IMG/VR virus record: IMGVR_UViG_3300022697_000248
Span: 1 to 47,748 of that record
Reading direction: 5' to 3' (one strand)
Source: a virus
Taxonomy: Duplodnaviria; Caudoviricetes
DNA length: 47,748 bases
The position numbers and the translations under genes were made by a program. How positions within the stretch are numbered: position 1 is the stretch's first letter; every line of letters begins with the position of its first letter. Shown piece after piece: positions 27,123-35,936 of the stretch. A model generated the notes under the pieces. It was not told the DNA's origin. It worked only from the letters and a program-made list of their open reading frames with translations, and did no database searches.

Positions 27123-27322
27123 TTAAGTGGAGAAATATTAGGAAGAAAACTCCCGTAGATGAACAGGATTGTCTCACCCAGATGATGCACGGCGTGATTC
27201 AAGGGAATTGGAATAGTAAGGACAAAGTGTTTAGAGGGTATTATGGGCACGCCCTGGAATGGAATGCGTACCGATGGGTTCCGATTGAAGAGGTGACGTA
27301 TGAGGGCCTCCATGGGAATTGA
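27119..27322 (+). CDS. Small DUF551-like protein
   Basis: W.....P...QDCL...AYRWVPIE; ATGA overlap. Confidence 0.6.
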   Translation: MIKWRNIRKKTPVDEQDCLTQMMHGVIQGNWNSKDKVFRGYYGHALEWNAYRWVPIEEVTYEGLHGN

Positions 27323-27430
27323 CAAGGAAGAGGTAGGGGGAATTGTTGCAGGCGTGGGTCTTGTCAGTATGGCGATGCGCTGATCGGGAATGATGTTGTG
27401 GGGGCATCGAGCCATGAAGGAGAAGAAGAG

Positions 27431-27943
27431 ATGATTGCGTTTTTTGTGCCGGGTCTTCCAAAGCCGAAGGGATCAAAAAACGCTTTTGTGATACCGGGCA
27501 GATCTGGTGCGAGGCCGAGAGCGGTTCTTGTGGACCAGAACAGCCACGACTTGAAGTCGTGGGCGCACTCAGTGTCGGCTGAAGCGAGACTTCATGCCCC
27601 CGACGCATTGATTGAAGGTCCGGTGGAGATGCGCCTTATGTTTTACGTGAAGGCCCCCAAGAGTCTCCGGAAGACCGTTCCGAGCTTTGCCACAAAAAAA
27701 CCCGATCTCGATAAACTCACCCGCGCCGTGTGGGATAGTCTCTCAGGCGTCCTATATCGAGATGACAGCCAAGTGATTCAGGCAACCATTAGCAAGCAGT
27801 ATGGCGATCAGCTCGGTGTGCAAGTGCAACTGTGCGAATCGCCCTATGGGTCTGTGCTGGGCTATACGCCTGGGGTAATTCCATCACAAAAACACATTGA
27901 CAAAACTTTAGTGGCTACGGAAGCAGCATTCATGTTTATTTAA
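27431..27943 (+). CDS. rusA: RusA-family Holliday junction resolvase
   Basis: FFVPGLPKPKGS, KPDLDKLTRAVWDSL, YRDDSQV. Confidence 0.93.
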   Translation: MIAFFVPGLPKPKGSKNAFVIPGRSGARPRAVLVDQNSHDLKSWAHSVSAEARLHAPDALIEGPVEMRLMFYVKAPKSLRKTVPSFATKKPDLDKLTRAVWDSLSGVLYRDDSQVIQATISKQYGDQLGVQVQLCESPYGSVLGYTPGVIPSQKHIDKTLVATEAAFMFI

Positions 27944-27976
27944 ATATTTCAGAATAGACAGAGATAAGGAGGCCGC

Positions 27977-28141
27977 ATGGAAGAACCACCATTCAAAATT
28001 TGGATCGCTAAAGGAAAATTACACATCGTTGCTGATGTGCGAGAGTTAATTAATTATTTGTTGATTCCGGTGAAGCGGAGGCGGAGCAAGAATCAAGGCG
28101 CACTGCCCGTGGGGAGCGAGACAGAGGGAGAGAACAGATGA
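27977..28141 (+). CDS. Small hypothetical protein (not in ORF track)
   Basis: AAGGAGG SD; MEEPTFKIWIAKG...; TGA overlaps the next ATG. Confidence 0.55.
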   Translation: MEEPPFKIWIAKGKLHIVADVRELINYLLIPVKRRRSKNQGALPVGSETEGENR

Positions 28142-28621
28142 GCGAAAACCTTGTGTCATTTTTTGGCGATCATCATTTGAAGGCGGCAGTATTAGCGCGG
28201 CTGGCCGTCTCAATTTATTAAGGCGGTGCCGGTCGGGGCTGATCTGTCACAGGTGATGCCGCGATTTATGCATGCCGTCATTCAACGGCTGCAAGACAAT
28301 ACGAACTTCCAGCAATACGGCCTCACGCGTACGCTCCAGAAAAAAATAGAGGTCTATCGGGCATGCATTGAGACTGAGAACTCAGATAAGGTAGCGGCAG
28401 AGAGAGCCGCAAGGAAGGCCTCAATGCTCGCATTAGATGTCATGTGGGGCGCATGGGACGCAGGGGCCGCAGAGATAAAATGGCAGGCGCAAACACTGTT
28501 AGATGTTCTTCAATCATGTGAACCAACACAGGAGGTATCACCCAATGAACATGAAAATATTATTGAGCATTCTCTTCCTTGCCTTGAGCGTGGGACCTGC
28601 GTGGGCGGCACGATCCGTTGA
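28138..28621 (+). pseudogene. Gene broken by an apparent out-of-frame internal deletion
   Basis: MSENLVSFFGDHHLKAAVLARL stops at 28221; the +1 frame reads WPSQFIKAVPVGADLSQVMPRF to 28621. Confidence 0.55.
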
Positions 28622-29006
28622 TGCAATTGTTGAATATACAGAGCCCACGACCCAAGCCTGTACGCCGAAGCCATGCACCGGAGACCCGATCAATCAATTA
28701 CAGCACACGACGCTCTACTTTGAAGTCCGCGATGGCGGCGGTCAAGTCTTGGATGCCTGGACAGTGGAGCAACAGGCCACACAACCTACTGGAGGTGGAA
28801 AGGTTCGCTATACACTCCTACCTCGGGACGTCTCAGCGGACTCAACGGTGTTGATGGCTTGGGTCTCTGGATCAAATCCATCTGGAGAATCGCTGAAAAC
28901 TGGTCCAATCACCAAGCCAATTCCTCTTGTGGATATTGGGGTGCCCGATCGACCGATTGATCTGACGATCACGGTGAATATCACGGTGAGATCATCCATA
29001 AATTGA
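28545..29006 (+). CDS. Exported Ig/FN3-like protein
   Basis: AGGAGG SD; signal peptide MNMKILLSILFLALSVGPAWA; YTEPTT...TTLYF...SNPSGES. Confidence 0.7.
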   Translation: MNMKILLSILFLALSVGPAWAARSVDAIVEYTEPTTQACTPKPCTGDPINQLQHTTLYFEVRDGGGQVLDAWTVEQQATQPTGGGKVRYTLLPRDVSADSTVLMAWVSGSNPSGESLKTGPITKPIPLVDIGVPDRPIDLTITVNITVRSSIN

Positions 29007-29032
29007 ACAGAATGAACCAGAGGAGACGAAAC

Positions 29033-29194
29033 ATGGCTGACACTTTTAGATCAGAATTGACTCATATTATCAACAAATATTCGATTGGCGTCAGCTGCGA
29101 CATTCCCGATGCTATGCTAGCCGATTATTTAGTTAAGTGCTTTGAAAATCTCGTGCAGGCGACGATCAGGAGACGATTGCCACCCGTGATTTGA
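29033..29194 (+). CDS. Small hypothetical protein
   Basis: AGGAG SD; FRSELTHIINKYS...DIPDAMLADYLVKC. Confidence 0.7.
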   Translation: MADTFRSELTHIINKYSIGVSCDIPDAMLADYLVKCFENLVQATIRRRLPPVI

Positions 29195-29302
29195 AAGCGG
29201 CATCTTGGAACGAACAAACCACATATACAGAAGGATGCAGCAACGAGGACCTCCTATAATCGAATTCATAATCGACATAACCGTGGTCGCTAGAGGAGGA
29301 CA

Positions 29303-29722
29303 GTGCTCCAAAAGCAAACAAGAAAGCAAAAATCCTATTATTCCTGCAAGCGCCAGGGGCTCTGCACTGAATGCTATGCCCTTGAGCCTAGCGGGGAGGT
29401 ACGGTGCCGCCTCTGTAAAGCAAAAGTTGTGGCAAGGCACAATCGGCGTCGAGCGGCTGGGTTGTGCATGTTCTGTGGAAAGGTTGCAATGAACAATCTG
29501 GTCAGATGTGAGGCATGCGCACGAAGAAAGAGTGCCCAGGCTCGGGTAGAGAACGACAAAATTAAAAAGCCGCTCTGTCGTCGATGCGCATTGATTCGGG
29601 TAAATTTATGGCCAACAGAAACGGCTTGTTGGAAGTGCCGATTCGGGGCATCACTGCCTGAGATCAGGGTGTATTTGGCGAAGCTCGCGCAACGACAACG
29701 CGAGCGGGCAGATTCAGAGTAA
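29303..29722 (+). CDS. Basic multi-zinc-finger protein
   Basis: Two GLCxxC...RCxxC repeats plus CRRC/CWKC; GAGGAGG SD. Confidence 0.75.
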   Translation: MLQKQTRKQKSYYSCKRQGLCTECYALEPSGEVRCRLCKAKVVARHNRRRAAGLCMFCGKVAMNNLVRCEACARRKSAQARVENDKIKKPLCRRCALIRVNLWPTETACWKCRFGASLPEIRVYLAKLAQRQRERADSE

Positions 29723-29735
29723 GGAGAGCAACGGC

Positions 29736-29936
29736 ATGAGAATCAAAGATCATATGAAAGACAAAATATATATATGGATTGCGTGGCATTTACCCAGAAC
29801 ATTAGTGATGTGGTGCGCTATACGTGTTCATGCGTATGCGACGCAAGGAAAATGGAGCGGACAAATAGCCCCGGAACTCACAGCAATGGATTCGGTGCAG
29901 CGGTGGGTGGACAGGAGTAAAGGTGAGGTGACGTGA
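29736..29936 (+). CDS. Small hypothetical protein
   Basis: AAGGAG SD; WIAWHLPRTLVMWCAIRV. Confidence 0.7.
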   Translation: MRIKDHMKDKIYIWIAWHLPRTLVMWCAIRVHAYATQGKWSGQIAPELTAMDSVQRWVDRSKGEVT

Positions 29937-30153
29937 TGACTAAAAAAGAACTGTATATTGCTGCCGTGAATGGTCGAAGGGATTTTCGTGAAGCGTACAG
30001 GGAAACCCACAAGAAAGGGCTAACGACGCCTGGAGTAATTTAGGAAAAGAACTTGGTTTTGATCTCATGTCTGTGCAGTCTAGTGGTAATGGACAACGAT
30101 TCTTTACAGCCGAAACAACGCAGACTGATGAAAAACCGCAAGAAACTATATGA
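29936..30153 (+). pseudogene. Out-of-frame fusion of two gene fragments
   Basis: MTKKELYIAAVNGRRDFREAYR in one frame; start-less GNPQERANDAWSNLGKELGFD...RFFTAE in another, whose TGA overlaps the next ATG. Confidence 0.45.
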
Positions 30154-30320
30154 ATACAAAAAGGATATTGGCGGAGCCGACGTGTCGGTGCAAAGGATTT
30201 TCGACATCCTCGGCCACTACAGTTTATCACGAGGCTGAGTGCCGCTGGGTGTGGTGGTTCCGACAGCAAGGAGAAGTTATAAGTAAACCTACGGGCAAGG
30301 ATAAAGGAGTGAGCGCATGA
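30150..30320 (+). CDS. Small hypothetical protein (not in ORF track)
   Basis: MNTKRILAEPTCRC...HEAECRW; ATGA overlaps at both ends. Confidence 0.5.
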   Translation: MNTKRILAEPTCRCKGFSTSSATTVYHEAECRWVWWFRQQGEVISKPTGKDKGVSA

Positions 30321-30694
30321 CCAAAATAAGCCTGAGAGAAGCCCTTGAATTGAGCACCGCCTGGCCGTTGGTGTATGAATTCCAAACACGGGCTGCTGAT
30401 GGATCGCTTACGGGCTCCTGTATTACGGGAGGATTAGCTGCGGTGATTGGGGTATCGGGTAATCCCTACACAGCGCCTGTGTTGGCCTATTGGCCGGAAT
30501 TAGATCAGAAGGTGGCCGTGCCTATTTCCATGAATATGTTTGTGGCCCATTCACCCATTACAGTTATTTTTAACTATATGGTGTCAAAAGGTTGGACCCG
30601 CCAAGACGTGATTGCCTGGTTGGATTCAATTGGAGTGTTGGGCACGCAGTCGGAGAGCGTCGAGGCTTCACGAATTGGTGAGGTAGAAAAATGA
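30317..30694 (+). CDS. Hypothetical protein
   Basis: AAGGAG SD; 125 aa; coupled to the endolysin. Confidence 0.7.
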   Translation: MTKISLREALELSTAWPLVYEFQTRAADGSLTGSCITGGLAAVIGVSGNPYTAPVLAYWPELDQKVAVPISMNMFVAHSPITVIFNYMVSKGWTRQDVIAWLDSIGVLGTQSESVEASRIGEVEK

Positions 30695-31014
30695 TCGCTG
30701 ATTGGGAAGTCAAACAAAACGTCACGCTGACGTTTAATTCATGGACATTGCGTATGATTCGTGCAGCTAGAATCGCATACTCAAAAGCAGGTCTCGACAA
30801 AGTCGTAGTCACTTCTGGCCTCGAAGGCCATCATGCCCTGCTTTCCAGCCATTACGAAAATCGGGCGGTCGATTTCGGAAGGCCAGAATCAGATGACTTG
30901 GCCTTAAAGGTCGTTGATCTTGTGCGGCTAGAACTTAGTGATAAATTTTTTATTCAGCTTGAACACGACCATATCCATGCACAGGCCAAGAGGGAGGCGT
31001 CGCCGTATGACTGA
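30691..31014 (+). CDS. Endolysin, peptidase M15 (Hedgehog/DD-peptidase fold)
   Basis: VVTSGLEGHH...SSHYENRAVDF...EHDHIH: SxHx6D and HxH zinc ligands. Confidence 0.85.
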   Translation: MIADWEVKQNVTLTFNSWTLRMIRAARIAYSKAGLDKVVVTSGLEGHHALLSSHYENRAVDFGRPESDDLALKVVDLVRLELSDKFFIQLEHDHIHAQAKREASPYD

Positions 31015-31073
31015 TGTCTGCGACTACGTGAAGCAGTTTCGTGCGGTGTTGACACACGCATAAGCGATACAGA

Positions 31074-31322
31074 GTGGAGTGCATGAAGATACGAGATAAA
31101 GAGATACGACAGGTCGTCGATGTGGCGAGCACGGCATGCCCGTTATTCACTTGTTATTGGCCGAGGCCGAATCCTGGCTCATTTACGCAGGGGCGTGGGT
31201 ATCGTCAATATGGAGACGAGCGCGACAAGCAGTGGCTATGCGGTCATAGAGAAATCAACGGATGCCCAGTAGACCCCATCAAAAAACAGACGGGCACGAG
31301 TCTGGTAAAGGAGCCATCATGA
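31074..31322 (+). CDS. Cys-containing hypothetical protein
   Basis: CPLFTCYWPR...WLCGHREINGCP. Confidence 0.6.
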   Translation: MECMKIRDKEIRQVVDVASTACPLFTCYWPRPNPGSFTQGRGYRQYGDERDKQWLCGHREINGCPVDPIKKQTGTSLVKEPS

Positions 31323-31558
31323 ATAACCACTGGAAGCCGGTGTTTGACGATGAAATATCCATTGAGCAGTTATATTCCATGCGCCAGCGAATCAAGGAGC
31401 TGGAGAATGAAGTCGGCTTTTGGATGGGCGAATTTCAATACGACAGACCGGAAATAGTAGAATATCGAGCATTGGCGATAAAGGATCAGCTCACAAGCGA
31501 AGAAACAAATAGAATGACGACCATTGCCAAGCAAATTCGCATTGAAAAGGAGGAATAA
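31319..31558 (+). CDS. Hypothetical protein (start revised to MNNHWK)
   Basis: AAGGAG SD, ATGA overlap. Confidence 0.65.
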   Translation: MNNHWKPVFDDEISIEQLYSMRQRIKELENEVGFWMGEFQYDRPEIVEYRALAIKDQLTSEETNRMTTIAKQIRIEKEE

Positions 31559-32011
31559 ATGGCTAAACATATTCGTTATCGAGGTGGATACAAATACCAA
31601 TTAGCAGCAGACTATGAATGCGAGACTGGTATCAACCCCCCCTCACCCATCACCACGTTTTTTATTGATTTAGGATTGACTGGGAGGTTGACCATTCGGA
31701 AAGGATATGCGTGGGATGGGCCTTCTGGGCCAACCTTTGATGATCCAACAAATATGAGGGGATCATTAGAGCACGACGCACTATATCAACTGATTCGTAA
31801 TGAGCAATTGGGACCCGAATATCGCCTCGATGCTGATAAGCGATTGCGAATTGTGTGTGTAGAAGACGGCATGGAAAGGTGGAGGGCAGAGCTTTGGTAT
31901 CTCGCGTTACGAGCACTTGCTGGATATGCGGCGGCTCCTGAGAATGTCAAGGAGGTGTTTGTTGCTCCACGATTGCCAGTCAAAGAGGACGAGGAGGAAA
32001 ATGGGGTATGA
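31559..32011 (+). CDS. DUF1353-like protein
   Basis: KGYAWDGPSGPT...GSLEHDALYQ...ADKRL. Confidence 0.75.
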   Translation: MAKHIRYRGGYKYQLAADYECETGINPPSPITTFFIDLGLTGRLTIRKGYAWDGPSGPTFDDPTNMRGSLEHDALYQLIRNEQLGPEYRLDADKRLRIVCVEDGMERWRAELWYLALRALAGYAAAPENVKEVFVAPRLPVKEDEEENGV

Positions 32012-32079
32012 ATGACTGAGCTTGACACTTCGGGATTCTGCGCTCATCGGTCGGGACTAAATTCGAAAGGAGAAGGTCA

Positions 32080-32676
32080 ATGAAAAATTACACGAAATGG
32101 ATCACCGTTTCACTGATTGTTGTTTTCCTGATGACTGGGTGTGCCAGCAAGAACACGCTCACGATGACATACCGATCTGACCCGTCGGGTGCGATGCTGT
32201 ACAAGCTGAATGATAACCAGGAATTGGGGCGGCCATTGGGGCGTACGCCACTTGTGGTGAACTATGAATTGTCACCGGAACATCTCACGGACAATTATGT
32301 GTCTCTGGAAGACAGTGTGATGATCTGGAAGAGTGAGGCCTGGTTTCTGATTGATATCGAGGGAACGATTCCCCCAGGCCTCGCGGGAGGCTACACCGCC
32401 GTGCGTCCAGATTCGTTCGCCGGACGTGACATCGATCTTCAAGTTGCGCGAGACCTGCGCCAACGACAGCTAGAGAAACAAGCCCAGGCTGACACAAGAG
32501 CTGCCACATACCAACCCTCACGGACCTACTATCCCGTGTGGGGCGCGTTCACGGAAGGGTTCAATCGGGTGCAGCGACAACAGCAGAATTCAGCAATTAT
32601 GATGCAGCTACAACAAAATGCGTGGGACCAGCAAATGGCCCGTGAACGACATGCGTACTACCCTGGAATGCATTAG
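32080..32676 (+). CDS. Lipoprotein with PEGA-like domain and Gln-rich tail
   Basis: Lipobox LMTG/C; SDPSGAMLY...LGRTPL. Confidence 0.75.
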   Translation: MKNYTKWITVSLIVVFLMTGCASKNTLTMTYRSDPSGAMLYKLNDNQELGRPLGRTPLVVNYELSPEHLTDNYVSLEDSVMIWKSEAWFLIDIEGTIPPGLAGGYTAVRPDSFAGRDIDLQVARDLRQRQLEKQAQADTRAATYQPSRTYYPVWGAFTEGFNRVQRQQQNSAIMMQLQQNAWDQQMARERHAYYPGMH

Positions 32677-32798
32677 GACGAGGTGTGCACAGTCATGGGT
32701 CCGGGCGGCCTTGTGAAAGCCAATTCCGTGGGTTCCGCTGATGGACCACAACTGCGGCCAGTCCGAGCGCATCCATGGCCATCAATTGAATTATAATT

Positions 32799-32928
32799 GA
32801 GCAAGGCCGCGTGGTAGGACACGCTGTATGGAGTCCTCCCCTCCTAAATTGGTGAGGGCGGTGCGGTTCACCTAAAACACCTAGCCGGTGACTATACCAG
32901 TATGTCTGGGCAATTCCGGCCCTTGCTC
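32799..32928 (+). ncRNA. Candidate tRNA-shaped multi-stem RNA
   Basis: Closing stem GAGCAAGG/CCTTGCTC stacked on GCCGG/CCGGC, three further hairpins, followed by a U-rich tract. Confidence 0.55.
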
Positions 32929-32957
32929 TATTTTTATATTTGTGTGGCGTTTTCTAT

Positions 32958-33182
32958 TTAATGCCTATCCATCAATAACCCTTCAATATTGGCCAGGCGT
33001 GTATCAATTCTATCAATGCGCTTTCCCATTTGATCTTGCATAAACCGATAGCCTAGTGTCTCTTGCTGTATGGCATGTTCAGCCATGGACATTCGATTAT
33101 CGAGCGAAAAAAACAGCCCGACTATCGTTACCAGCAAGACAAGGATCTTGATGAGTTCAGAAATGGTGAGCCATTTTGGCAT
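32958..33182 (-). CDS. Single-TM plus coiled-coil protein (holin/XhlA-like)
   Basis: LIKILVLLVTIVGLFFSL followed by heptads; last gene of the late operon. Confidence 0.6.
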   Translation of the reverse strand: MPKWLTISELIKILVLLVTIVGLFFSLDNRMSMAEHAIQQETLGYRFMQDQMGKRIDRIDTRLANIEGLLMDRH

Positions 33183-33186
33183 GTCA

Positions 33187-35934
33187 TTATTGTGCCAATT
33201 GCGGTTGGCTTATAAGAGGAATAAGCGGACGCTCTCTTTGCTGTGTGCCCGCTGATGAGGCTGCTGGGACGGCTGGCAAGATATTTCGCTGGGCCCATAC
33301 CTTGAGCGTTCTCTTGGCCTCCCGCGACGTACTGACATTCTGCAAGCGTTCTACTGTCTTGGCTAAATTTTTATCAAAAAACAATTCCTCCGTCAGTGCT
33401 TGAAGTTCTCTTGCATCAAAATCATCAAGGTTTTTCGCTATCCTTCTTGCTGCCACGTCTGCCGTAAGGAATGGGGTTCCAACAATACCCCTGGCTCTTG
33501 CAAATGCCCTCGCGAGGATGATTCCCGTTATTTCTGCCAGCTTTTGATCCTCCCGGAAGCCTTTCGTTTGCGTCACAAATTCAGGACTCGCGAGCACTTC
33601 TTTAAATGAAGCATGTACCGCTTTGAGGAATTTCCATGTGTCACGCCCGAAATGTTTGATGAGAACAGGCTTGAATTCAGGATCTGCCAGCATTTGACCC
33701 ATGGCATCACTCCTTACGCTTGGAAGTGTCGTCGCGGTCTTTGTTTGGATTTGCGCCTTATTCATAAACCATCTATAGGTTTCTTTGAGTAATCCCCTCG
33801 CCCCTTTAGGATCTTGCGAGTCAAGCACACCTAACATCCTTGCTAGGGATTCATTTGGATTGGCTGTTTTCATAAGCCTCTCAACGACGTTTCTTGGTGA
33901 ATCTCCCAATAGCGCCGCACCTGCAGAATCATCAAGTCCCTCTGGAATGATCCGTGTAGAGGATTTTAAGCCTTGGAGTATGTCTTTTTCTTGGCCAAGG
34001 ATCGAGGGCGGTTTCAAGTCCTCTATTCTTTTTGCTGCCCCCCGCAATTGCTGGATTTCCTCTTTGACGACCGGGAAGACTTCTAGCACCCGTTCATGCG
34101 TCTTGAGGAATCCTTTGACCTTGCCGGGAATAAACACACCATCTGCGTCCCTTGAAAATTTCACCAATTCAGACAAGGCTAAGTGTCGCGTGAGTTTACT
34201 AGCGGCGTCTTGCCCGATTGCCTTGACCAAGGCCTGGGCATTTTCAACCTGTTTCGCCCCACCACTAAAGAGAATCTTAAAAATCCCCTCACCGCTTTCG
34301 GTCTTTCGTGCTCTGCCTGCATGGACAATATCTCCAATGGCTCCCTTTTCAAACGTCGCAATATAGTTCTTGTAATTCGTATTAATCTCTTTAAGTGCGG
34401 GACTGTTCTCGGCAAAAGTATCTATGGTCTTTTGCACCACCCCAAGGAGTTTGCCTAAATTATGCGACAAGGTGCTTGAACCGCCTTGATTGGCAATCCG
34501 TTCCTTCCCTATGGCTTCTAAGATAGAAGTCCTCACAGCCCGTACTTCGCCAAGTGTGGTGGTGGCAGGCAAGGCTTCAATGACGTTCATTTGCTGGACA
34601 GGGAAATCGCTTTCCAGGAGGTCGCCGGCTAAAAACTCAATATCAACATTCCCGGCCTCATCTTTCGTCGTTTTCTTGGTGATTTTCTTCTGAGCAACCT
34701 TGGCCCCAGCCTTCATTTCTGCGACCGTCGCTTTGACACTCTGCGTCCCGTCATCGAATTTCGTTCCGATGCTGCCTGACACAGAGTTGTCAAATTCTTG
34801 GTATGGAGCGCTCACGCGCGCCCGTTCAATTTCAGCGACATCACCAATCGTTTTTTTCGCTTCCAGTCCAATAACCGAACGCTCTGGAATATCCCCCACT
34901 TCTCTCGCCACGGCATCCATTTGTTTAGTGAATGCCCCCAAGACCTTTTCCTTGGCTTCGATGAATTGTTGAGCTTGGGCCTCAAGCCGCGCCGAGACTT
35001 CGCGTGTCAGCGTTCGAGCTTTTTCCGTTCTGTCAGCGATAATGTCCTTCGCCCCTTGCTGGGCCTCGGCAATACCCTCTTTGCCTTGTGGCCCCGCGCC
35101 TTCTGCCTTCTCTGCCAGTGTGGCAATATTTTTGGTACGTTGCGCCCTCACTTGAGCGTCGAATCGAGCGGATTGTTTTCTGGCATCGGTGACGGTAGCA
35201 CGGACTCCGGGGCTGATGTCGGCAAGCCCAATATTGGCACCTGTCTTCTGATTCAAGAGTTCAGCCCGTTGCGCTCTACGTAAGGCGTCAGGTTCTAACT
35301 GATCACCCAGGAATGTTTCGACACGCTCCCTGACCGCTGCCTTTTTATCGCCACCCAATAAAGGCGCTATGGCTTTGCCGCCCGTTTTAGCTATATTCGC
35401 TAGACCACTTGCCGTGAGGCCACCAACTAACGCACCAGCTATAGGGAGCGCCGTGCCGTTAGGGTCTATTGTTGCGCCAAGCTCCCCGCCGCCACCAGCT
35501 CCACCACCGATAATGGTATTTCTGATAATATTGATAGCCCTAGGAACGGCCCCTGCTGTCTTCCCTATCAGACCAAATGGACCCCCACCTGTCGCTCCAC
35601 CTATAACATTCGGAATCACACCCTTTTGGCGTTCAGGAATCCCTAACTGCTTTTCAAAAAATTTCGTGCCAAGAGGCAGGTTCGGATCGTCTCGTAGCCC
35701 CGCAGCCTCAAGACCCATTCCGAGCAGATCTACCGGTCCACCGATAATTTCAAACGGGCCACGGAGTGCTGCCTTTCCTGAAGACGTTAAAAATTCACGA
35801 AGCCGCCTCTCTTGCTCTTCTTGCGTGAGTTCCGGACGCCTCAGTGTGCTGAGAGTTAAGCCAGCGGCTCGTTCTTTCGTACGCTTGCCAGCCTTCAACA
35901 TCCTTTGGCGGAATTTTTCGTCAGCACTGGCCAT
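33187..35934 (-). CDS. Large DNA-ejection/internal virion protein
   Basis: 915 aa helical, Gly/Ala-rich hydrophobic N-terminal segment; position at the end of a podovirus late operon. Confidence 0.75.
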   Translation of the reverse strand: MASADEKFRQRMLKAGKRTKERAAGLTLSTLRRPELTQEEQERRLREFLTSSGKAALRGPFEIIGGPVDLLGMGLEAAGLRDDPNLPLGTKFFEKQLGIPERQKGVIPNVIGGATGGGPFGLIGKTAGAVPRAINIIRNTIIGGGAGGGGELGATIDPNGTALPIAGALVGGLTASGLANIAKTGGKAIAPLLGGDKKAAVRERVETFLGDQLEPDALRRAQRAELLNQKTGANIGLADISPGVRATVTDARKQSARFDAQVRAQRTKNIATLAEKAEGAGPQGKEGIAEAQQGAKDIIADRTEKARTLTREVSARLEAQAQQFIEAKEKVLGAFTKQMDAVAREVGDIPERSVIGLEAKKTIGDVAEIERARVSAPYQEFDNSVSGSIGTKFDDGTQSVKATVAEMKAGAKVAQKKITKKTTKDEAGNVDIEFLAGDLLESDFPVQQMNVIEALPATTTLGEVRAVRTSILEAIGKERIANQGGSSTLSHNLGKLLGVVQKTIDTFAENSPALKEINTNYKNYIATFEKGAIGDIVHAGRARKTESGEGIFKILFSGGAKQVENAQALVKAIGQDAASKLTRHLALSELVKFSRDADGVFIPGKVKGFLKTHERVLEVFPVVKEEIQQLRGAAKRIEDLKPPSILGQEKDILQGLKSSTRIIPEGLDDSAGAALLGDSPRNVVERLMKTANPNESLARMLGVLDSQDPKGARGLLKETYRWFMNKAQIQTKTATTLPSVRSDAMGQMLADPEFKPVLIKHFGRDTWKFLKAVHASFKEVLASPEFVTQTKGFREDQKLAEITGIILARAFARARGIVGTPFLTADVAARRIAKNLDDFDARELQALTEELFFDKNLAKTVERLQNVSTSREAKRTLKVWAQRNILPAVPAASSAGTQQRERPLIPLISQPQLAQ

Positions 35935-35936
35935 CC

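Noticed and set aside
32705-32755. Hammerhead ribozyme (GAAA and CTGATGG present)
   Set aside because: Core is CTGATGG rather than CUGAUGA, and stems I and III cannot be formed properly
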